Below, in pieces: positions 57,567 through 64,000 of a DNA stretch of 64,000 bases (position 1 is the first letter of the stretch; each line of letters begins with the position of its first letter). The notes under the pieces were generated by a model. It saw nothing but the letters and a program-made list of their open reading frames with translations. It had not been told where the DNA came from and searched no databases. Both the position numbers and the translations under genes were made by a program. This DNA is from Thermoanaerobaculia bacterium (GTDB lineage: Bacteria; Acidobacteriota; Thermoanaerobaculia; Multivoradales; Multivoraceae): NCBI GenBank assembly GCA_963664405.1, contig OY761158.1, positions 5,120,001-5,184,000 of the forward strand, in the 5' to 3' direction.

Positions 57567-59135
57567 TTACCCGAGCCGTGACGCCGACGGCCCCGGCCGG
57601 CGACGCATCAGGACGACGAGAGGGAGCATGCCGACGAAGAGGTAGCCGAGCATCTGGAAAGCGTCCAGAAAGGAAAGGAGCTCAGCCTGCTCCGCGATCA
57701 AGGCGGCGACCGAGGTCTTGGCGCGGGTGGCGGCGTCGACGGGGTCGGCGCCATGCCGGGTCCAGGCCTCGCCCAGGCGCTCGAGAGTGGCTCGAGAGGC
57801 CGGGTCGTAGAGGTCGAAGTGGTTGGCCAGAAGCTGTCGGTGACGGGTAGCGCTGCGAGTGAGATAGGTCGAGACGATTGCGATGCCCATCGACGAACCG
57901 AGATTGCGGGTCATGTTGAAGACACTCGAGGCGTTGCCCATCTCCTCCTTGGGGAGCGACGCCATGGTCAGAGTCGTGAGCGGGATGAAGAGGAGGCCGA
58001 TCGCCCAACCCTGCACGAACTGCGGCCAGAAAACATCCCAGAATCCGGCGTCGAGGCTCATGCGCGACATCCAGAACATGCTCGCCGCCCCGAGGACGAG
58101 GCCGGCTACCAGGAGTCTGCGGTTGCCGTAGCGATCCGTGGCGATCCCCGCGAAAGGCATGACGATCATCGAGCCGATCCCACGGGGCGCCATCGCGAGC
58201 CCCGCCGCGTAGGGGGTGTAGCCCAGCAGGGCTTGCAGCATGAAGGGAAGCAGCATCAGGCTGCCGAAGAGCATGAAGCCGAGCAGGGCGGAAAACAGGG
58301 CGCCCGTCGCGAAGGTCCTGTTGCGGAACACACGGAGCTCGACGACCGGGTGGGGAGTCGTGAGCTCGCGCAGCAGAAAGAGGAGGGCTCCAGCCAGCGC
58401 AAGGACGAAGCAAACCTGGATCAGTCTGGACGAGAACCAATCCTCCTCTTGTCCCTTGTCGAGGAGGAGTTGGAGAGCGCCGACGCCGACGACAAGGAGG
58501 CCCATTCCGAGATAGTCGATGCGCTCGGAGCGGCGGCGGATGTAGGGAGGGTCGAAGACGTGGAGTGAGATCAATAGGATCGAGAGCACCCCCACCGGAA
58601 CATTTATGTAGAACACCCAGCGCCAGCTGTACTCCATCGTCAGCCAGCCGCCGACGATGGGACCGCTGATCGGCGCGAGGACTACACCGACGGACCAGAA
58701 GCCCATTGCCTTGCCGCGGTCACCGGGCGGAAAGCTTTCGAGAATGATCGCCTGCGAGAGCGGCATCATCACTCCGCCGGTGAGTCCCTGAATGACGCGG
58801 AAGAAGACCAGAGTCGGCAGAGTTGGAGCGACGCCGCAGAGAAGCGAGGCGACGCTGAAGGTGGCGATGCTCCAGATCATCAGGCGTCTGCGGCCGACGT
58901 AGTTGGCGAGCCAGCCGCTGATCGGAATGACCACCGCATTGGCTGCGAGGTAGGAGGTCAAGGCCCAGGTAGCCTCGTCGACCGAAGCGGAGAGACTGCC
59001 GGCGATGTAGGGCAGTGACACATTGACCACCGAGGTGTCGAGAAACACCATGAAGCTCGCGAGCATGACCGAGATGGCCACCACCCAGCGGTTGGCTTCG
59101 GGGAGCCCGGTGGGAGCCGCTGGAGAGCTGATCAA
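57567..59135 (-). CDS. DHA2 (EmrB/QacA) MFS efflux permease
   Basis: LDTSVVNVSLP, RVIQG, WRWVFYINVPVG, LDKGQEEDWF. Confidence 0.92.
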   Translation of the reverse strand: MISSPAAPTGLPEANRWVVAISVMLASFMVFLDTSVVNVSLPYIAGSLSASVDEATWALTSYLAANAVVIPISGWLANYVGRRRLMIWSIATFSVASLLCGVAPTLPTLVFFRVIQGLTGGVMMPLSQAIILESFPPGDRGKAMGFWSVGVVLAPISGPIVGGWLTMEYSWRWVFYINVPVGVLSILLISLHVFDPPYIRRRSERIDYLGMGLLVVGVGALQLLLDKGQEEDWFSSRLIQVCFVLALAGALLFLLRELTTPHPVVELRVFRNRTFATGALFSALLGFMLFGSLMLLPFMLQALLGYTPYAAGLAMAPRGIGSMIVMPFAGIATDRYGNRRLLVAGLVLGAASMFWMSRMSLDAGFWDVFWPQFVQGWAIGLLFIPLTTLTMASLPKEEMGNASSVFNMTRNLGSSMGIAIVSTYLTRSATRHRQLLANHFDLYDPASRATLERLGEAWTRHGADPVDAATRAKTSVAALIAEQAELLSFLDAFQMLGYLFVGMLPLVVLMRRRPGPSASRLG

Positions 59136-59156
59136 ACGCTTGCCAGACGAGCCGCC

Positions 59157-60578
59157 CTAGGCTACGAAGCCCACCGGCGGTGAGGTCTCGAAGGCCGGGT
59201 AGAAATTGCGCAGATTCGGCAGGATCGTCTCCAGCGTGTCGTCGTTCTCGATGCCGAACCAGAGTGCGAGCTCCGCGTTGTACTCGTCAACCGACGTGGT
59301 CGGGATGAGTCGCCCTCGGCCGATGTCGAGCTTGTTCCCCGGGGCGAGTGACTCGGGGAAATCGCCATGGATCCGCCCGCCATCGACCGCTTCACCCATC
59401 ACGATGTGGTTGCCTCCCCAGGCGTGGTCGCTGCCATTGCCGTTGGTGGTGAGGGTACGGCCGAAGTCGGAGATCGAGAAGGTGACGACGTCACGAGACA
59501 CGCCGAGCTCCACGGTGGCGTCGTAGAACGCCTTCATCGCTTCCGCGATCTCCGGCAACATCGCCGCCTGACGGGTGAGGACGCCGTCGTGATGATCCCA
59601 GCCGCCTCGCTCCACGAAGAGCACTTGACGCTGCTGACCGAGACTGTCTCGAGCACCGATCGTTCTCGCGGCCTGGTAGAAGGCCCGCCCCATCTGGGTG
59701 TCGGGGAACGTGGTGTTGAGATTGACACTGCCGATCGCCTCGTTGAAGTCCACCGCGGCATCGATCGACTGACGCCGCATCTGGGCGTGAGTCACTTGGA
59801 GCAGATCGGAGTACTTCTGCTCGAGGAGGCTGTCCGTCGCCCGGGTCATGATGCGATCGATGGGGTTCGAGTTGCCGTAACCCGCCAGCAGCTCCGCTCC
59901 GTTTGCACCGTCGATCACATAGGGGATGACGCCGTCCCCGGTTTGCAGGATGTTGAGGTGCTCGAGCGCGATGTTCATCGACACCACCGGGTTCGAGTTG
60001 GTGCTGTCGCTGAGTATGTCGGCCATACGACCGCACCAGCCGGTGATCTGGGTGCGCGACTGCGGCACCGAGGTCTGCCAGTGTCGCTGCTGGTCACTGT
60101 GGGAGAAGAGGCCGAGCGGCAACATCGCGGTGTTGTAGCTCGAACGGGTTATCGGCTCGACCAGGGTTCCGACATTGGCGACGAAGGTCAGGTTGCGGTC
60201 CTCATAGAGCTGGTGCAGGGCCGCCATGCCGGGGTGAAGGCCGTACTTGCGACCGTCGCGGCGATCCGAGATCGGGAGAAGATCGCCCTTGGCGAGGGCC
60301 AGGTTGCCACGGGCGGTCTGGTAGTCGGCGTAGGCGCCGGGATCGGTCGGCACCAGCATGTTGAAGGAGTCGTTGCCACCGTGCAGGAAGAGGCAGACGA
60401 GAGCCTTGTAGCCGCTGACGGTCTGAGCGGCGGCGGCCGATCGGGTGAGATGGAGATTGAGCAGAGTCGACAGGATCGAGGTCGATGTGAGGGCGGCGCA
60501 GCCGCCGCTGGCACGAAGAAAGTCGCGGCGTGAGAGAAACTCGGGATTCGCCAGCTTTGTATATTTCATTGAGCTCAC
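59157..60578 (-). CDS. DUF1501 protein (Tat signal)
   Basis: SRRDFL; YKALVCLFLHGGNDS, LFSHSDQ, GGWDHH, SDFGRT, GSDHAWG. Confidence 0.9.
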   Translation of the reverse strand: MSSMKYTKLANPEFLSRRDFLRASGGCAALTSTSILSTLLNLHLTRSAAAAQTVSGYKALVCLFLHGGNDSFNMLVPTDPGAYADYQTARGNLALAKGDLLPISDRRDGRKYGLHPGMAALHQLYEDRNLTFVANVGTLVEPITRSSYNTAMLPLGLFSHSDQQRHWQTSVPQSRTQITGWCGRMADILSDSTNSNPVVSMNIALEHLNILQTGDGVIPYVIDGANGAELLAGYGNSNPIDRIMTRATDSLLEQKYSDLLQVTHAQMRRQSIDAAVDFNEAIGSVNLNTTFPDTQMGRAFYQAARTIGARDSLGQQRQVLFVERGGWDHHDGVLTRQAAMLPEIAEAMKAFYDATVELGVSRDVVTFSISDFGRTLTTNGNGSDHAWGGNHIVMGEAVDGGRIHGDFPESLAPGNKLDIGRGRLIPTTSVDEYNAELALWFGIENDDTLETILPNLRNFYPAFETSPPVGFVA

Positions 60579-62377
60579 TCGTGGATGGCGCAGTCAGGTG
60601 AGGTGAGGAGGCTGAGAATTGCGCCGCGGGCGCGGGCGGTAGGGTTGTCGGTCTCCGACGCGACGATCTTGGTCACCTTGGCGCGCGCTTTGTCGTTCAT
60701 CGTGCCTTGACAGAGCAGGAGATCGAGATGCCTCATGAGCGCAGCGGGATTGGCCGTGAGCGCCTCCTCTTCGCTGAAGTCGAGCAGAATCTCGTAATCG
60801 AAGACCACTCCGTTCGCATCGAGGCCGCGGAAGTCCGCGGCGGCGTCTATTACGTCACTCCTGAAACGGTTGGCGATGCGGTTCGCGGTCACCGAGTCGA
60901 AGATCTCGAACTCGGGTGTATACAGCGTGCCGTTGGGGATCTTCGTGCTCGGCACGTAGCTCTGCACCGGGCCGGCGGCGCGATGGTTTGGCAGGTAGAA
61001 GTTGAAGACGTGGGGGGCGCGGAAGACCTCCTGGTGGAGGAAGCCGTACATATCGGGAATCAGAATCCGCCCGGTCGGATGGTTCGAGACCGGGTCGAAG
61101 GCGCGCAGGAACGCGGTGTAGCGTAAGACGGGCTCTTGCATTCGCGAAGCCTCGGTCCCTCGGGTCTTGATCTTCAAGCGCCATGGTTTCTTAAGATGCC
61201 TGTACTTGAGCGACTTCATCGCTTCCTTGTGAAGGAGGATCGCCCTCAATACGGCTCTGAAATTGCCGCGCTCGCCCCCTTCGAAGGCCCGAGCCACGCT
61301 CTTGATGTAGCTCTTGGTGGGGTTAGATTTGACGAAACGCTGGATCAGCAAGCGGCTGATGAAAGGTGCGACGTTGGAGTGGTGGAAAAGATTGTCGAGG
61401 GCATCGGAGATGTCCTTCATCCCCGGCTGACCTGGAGGAAGGACGGCACCGCGGTGAAGCCTCTTCGCTCCGGTGTCGTGGTAGTCCTCGAACATCACCA
61501 TCGGATCGTGGTAGTTGATCCCCGTTCGTTCGAAAGAGCGGCCTCCCGCATAGTTGAGGCCGGTAAAGACACGGGCAAAATTGCGGATGTCGTTGTTGTC
61601 GTAGGCGTCGATGGGCTCGCCGGACGAATTGGTCTTGATCTCCCCTGAGATCTTGAGCTCGTAAAGGCCGATGCTGAGGAGCTGCTCCACTTCGCGCGCG
61701 TAATTCTCGTCGGGAAACTGCCCGGTTGCCGGATCGCCCTTGGGATTGCGAACGTGGCTGAGGAAGACACCCATGATCGGGTGCAGGGTCACGTCCTCGA
61801 GCAGGTCTCGGTAGTTGCCGAAGGAGCTCTCGATCAGCATGTCGTAGTAGTCGACGATGCCGAGATACTGGGGCTCTCCCGATGCGTCGTTTCTTCGATT
61901 ACCGAAGCCGGCGGGGCTCTGGTTGATGACGAAGATCTGCGAGAGGGCCCATGCCATGCGCTGACGGAGCTGATCGGGGGCGGTGAGGGCGGCGTTCCAC
62001 CAGGGGTAGTGGCGGTAGCGACCGGCGCGGGTCACGCCCTGTTCCAAGAAATCGGCGTAGCCGTCGTCGAGGATCATCTGCTTGGCCAGCGGATGATGGT
62101 AAGTCGGAGGCATCGAGAACTGATCGTCGATCCACTCTCCGAAAGCCTTCTTGTCGCCGACCTCGACGACCCGGGCGGCGAGCTCGGCGATCTCGTCCTT
62201 GGTGGGGCCGAAGGTCGCTCGCGACAGGAACTGTGCTGAGCGGACCAAGGCCTCGATCTCGTCGATGTGGGCCTCGGTAGCGGCGGGGAAGGTCCCCGCC
62301 AAGGCAGCGCCTCGAGCGAAGAGAAGAGAGCACAGGCCGAGTGCGATTAATCGTCCTGCGACCCTGGGTTCCGTCAT
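60575..62377 (-). CDS. DUF1800 protein
   Basis: FLSRATFGP, DQLRQRMAWALSQIFV, PDENYAREVEQL, ARVFTG. Confidence 0.9.
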   Translation of the reverse strand: MTEPRVAGRLIALGLCSLLFARGAALAGTFPAATEAHIDEIEALVRSAQFLSRATFGPTKDEIAELAARVVEVGDKKAFGEWIDDQFSMPPTYHHPLAKQMILDDGYADFLEQGVTRAGRYRHYPWWNAALTAPDQLRQRMAWALSQIFVINQSPAGFGNRRNDASGEPQYLGIVDYYDMLIESSFGNYRDLLEDVTLHPIMGVFLSHVRNPKGDPATGQFPDENYAREVEQLLSIGLYELKISGEIKTNSSGEPIDAYDNNDIRNFARVFTGLNYAGGRSFERTGINYHDPMVMFEDYHDTGAKRLHRGAVLPPGQPGMKDISDALDNLFHHSNVAPFISRLLIQRFVKSNPTKSYIKSVARAFEGGERGNFRAVLRAILLHKEAMKSLKYRHLKKPWRLKIKTRGTEASRMQEPVLRYTAFLRAFDPVSNHPTGRILIPDMYGFLHQEVFRAPHVFNFYLPNHRAAGPVQSYVPSTKIPNGTLYTPEFEIFDSVTANRIANRFRSDVIDAAADFRGLDANGVVFDYEILLDFSEEEALTANPAALMRHLDLLLCQGTMNDKARAKVTKIVASETDNPTARARGAILSLLTSPDCAIHE

Positions 62378-62464
62378 CTCGACTCCCCCTTGGTTCGGTT
62401 CAAACGCCTTGCCTTTGAAGAGGCAAATATGTCAAATCAGCAACTTTGATTCAAGTCGGGCCTC

Positions 62465-64000
62465 TCACATCCGAGGCTCATACCAGATGGGTGAGCTCCA
62501 GGCGCGCTCCTGATGGGTCGCGGGCAGATCGGGATTCGGCTCGATTCCCAGGCTGAGCGCGTCCCACGTCGACCATCGACAAGAAGGATTCTCCAGCACT
62601 CGTACATAGTAGAAGGCGCGCTGCGCAGGATCGAAGTCCGGGTCGGTCCACAGGGTCTCGAGCGTCCCTGCCCCCTTGTCACGACTGACACTGCAATCCG
62701 ACAGTCTGACCCTGGCGCCGTTGTCGGGACATCGATGGGATCCGGGATCCGGCTTCAGGCCATCGGAGCAGGCCACATCGAAGACCTGCTCCTTGGCCGC
62801 TCCGCCTTCGATCCACCCCTTGACGACCTGGGCGCGTTGCAGCCAGCCGGCGTTGGGGTCGCGCAGGGCCCAGACCAGGAAGCTCGGCGCGCCGTCGGAA
62901 GCTCCTTCGATGACTCCGCCCATTGGAGTGCCGGTCTGATAGGCCTTCGCAATCGGGTCCTGATCCGCGATCAACCCCGCTTCGAGGTTGAAGCCTCCGA
63001 AAAAACGTACCTGCATGCGATTCCCGGAGGTGCCGAAAGTTTCTTTGCGACGAAAGGCGTCGTAGATCGACTCGCGAGTATTCTCCTCGGCCCAAACCCC
63101 GGCGAGGCCACCGGTGCCGTGGGTGGCTTGGCGCGGGGTCCAGAACCCCTCCCATGAATCTCCGTCGGGTGCGGATCCACGCCCTTGCGGCGTGTCCTGA
63201 CCGCTCGAGAAGCGGCGGTCTTCTTCGTAGGCGCCCGCCGACACGTGGCTGTCGCTGGACCCGATGAATCCGAATTTGTAGGGGTTGAAGCCGTCTCGCT
63301 CTTCCATCTCCAGCCCGGTCTTGAGGGCATCGCGTACGTAGCCGCCCTTGAAGACAGAGACGGGGTCCTTGTTCTCGATTCGGTTGAGGTAGTACTGAAC
63401 GATCTGGAAGTCCGCCCATTCGTCGTTCGGCGATAGCGACGGATGGGTCTCCGAGGTCCCCTTCTGCTGGGAGATCTCGACCAGGGGCTCGTTGCGAATG
63501 CGCTGCTCGGCCCACGCGGCATCGATTGCCTTGCCTTCAAAAGTCTTCTCTTGGAAGGCGAGGCCGTCGCTCTGGTTGGTGTTGTGGGGGATGGCAAGCA
63601 CCTCGATGCCCTGCTTGCGTTGATCGTCGAGCCAATCCCACAGATCTTCGGGGTTCAGCGAGTCGAGAGTACTGAAGGGCAGATCGGGTCCCTTGCCGCG
63701 AAAGATGACGTTACGGTGCAGGTGCAGCCCGCCCTCGGTCGGTGTGAACTCGTAGCCGATGAAGGTAGTGAAGGAGCCCGGCTTGTAATGGCGCTCGGCT
63801 GCCTCCATGATCTTGTTCCAGACACCTCCAACGACACTCTTGTCGATGAGCTCGGGGTATTCGTCGACCAGATCGAGAAAGGCGGCCCTTCCGGTGATCA
63901 TGCCTGTAGCAGTCTCTGGAATCAGCTGAGGGGTCGCTGGGTGGTTGTAGGTCAGGCTACCCGGCAGCCGCAAGGAAGCATGGGTGCCGAGATACTTGGC
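62465..64000 (-). CDS. DUF3604 protein (5' partial)
   Basis: TFIGYE, LHRNVIFR, AIPHN, KGTSETHP, FYYVRVLENPSCRWS, QERAWSSPIWY. Confidence 0.9.
   Translation of the reverse strand, partial: AKYLGTHASLRLPGSLTYNHPATPQLIPETATGMITGRAAFLDLVDEYPELIDKSVVGGVWNKIMEAAERHYKPGSFTTFIGYEFTPTEGGLHLHRNVIFRGKGPDLPFSTLDSLNPEDLWDWLDDQRKQGIEVLAIPHNTNQSDGLAFQEKTFEGKAIDAAWAEQRIRNEPLVEISQQKGTSETHPSLSPNDEWADFQIVQYYLNRIENKDPVSVFKGGYVRDALKTGLEMEERDGFNPYKFGFIGSSDSHVSAGAYEEDRRFSSGQDTPQGRGSAPDGDSWEGFWTPRQATHGTGGLAGVWAEENTRESIYDAFRRKETFGTSGNRMQVRFFGGFNLEAGLIADQDPIAKAYQTGTPMGGVIEGASDGAPSFLVWALRDPNAGWLQRAQVVKGWIEGGAAKEQVFDVACSDGLKPDPGSHRCPDNGARVRLSDCSVSRDKGAGTLETLWTDPDFDPAQRAFYYVRVLENPSCRWSTWDALSLGIEPNPDLPATHQERAWSSPIWYEPRM

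Noticed and set aside
59157-62377. DUF1800-DUF1501 pair as a new system
   Set aside because: A widespread, well-known conserved gene pair; nothing unusual here.
1-64000. Many long antisense or alternate-frame ORFs in the track; CRISPR arrays; rRNA
   Set aside because: Shadow ORFs are expected at high GC and overlap well-supported genes; no repeat-spacer array or rRNA sequence was seen.

Overview
GC-rich bacterial chromosomal window. The VWA-domain protein, eukaryote-like Ser/Thr kinases, DUF3604 and DUF1501/DUF1800 genes suggest Acidobacteriota, but this is inference. Bases 1-34,700 and 51,800-64,000 hold ordinary metabolic, transport and envelope genes: MFS and SLC13 transporters, a TonB receptor, three sulfatases, a pentameric ligand-gated ion channel, pilT, larB/larC and a relBE-type toxin-antitoxin pair, interspersed with several gene fragments. 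About 34,700-51,680 is a decaying defence/mobile island abutting the 3' end of tRNA-Thr(CGT). It contains four IS elements (IS481/IS3-like, ISAzo13, IS630, IS256), an internally deleted mini-Tn3, brnTA, and an HNH / HNH-SF2 helicase / unknown / HEPN gene run whose two largest recognisable genes are cleanly interrupted by IS insertions. The most notable observations are: (1) a cNMP-binding-domain protein with an apparent C-terminal Hfq/Sm-like domain directly upstream of pilT; (2) the reconstructable HNH-helicase + unknown + HEPN candidate defence operon; (3) a ~160-bp palindromic element family at CTAG sites, one copy inserted in frame in a sulfatase signal peptide. All family calls come from motif recognition by eye; no database searches were run.
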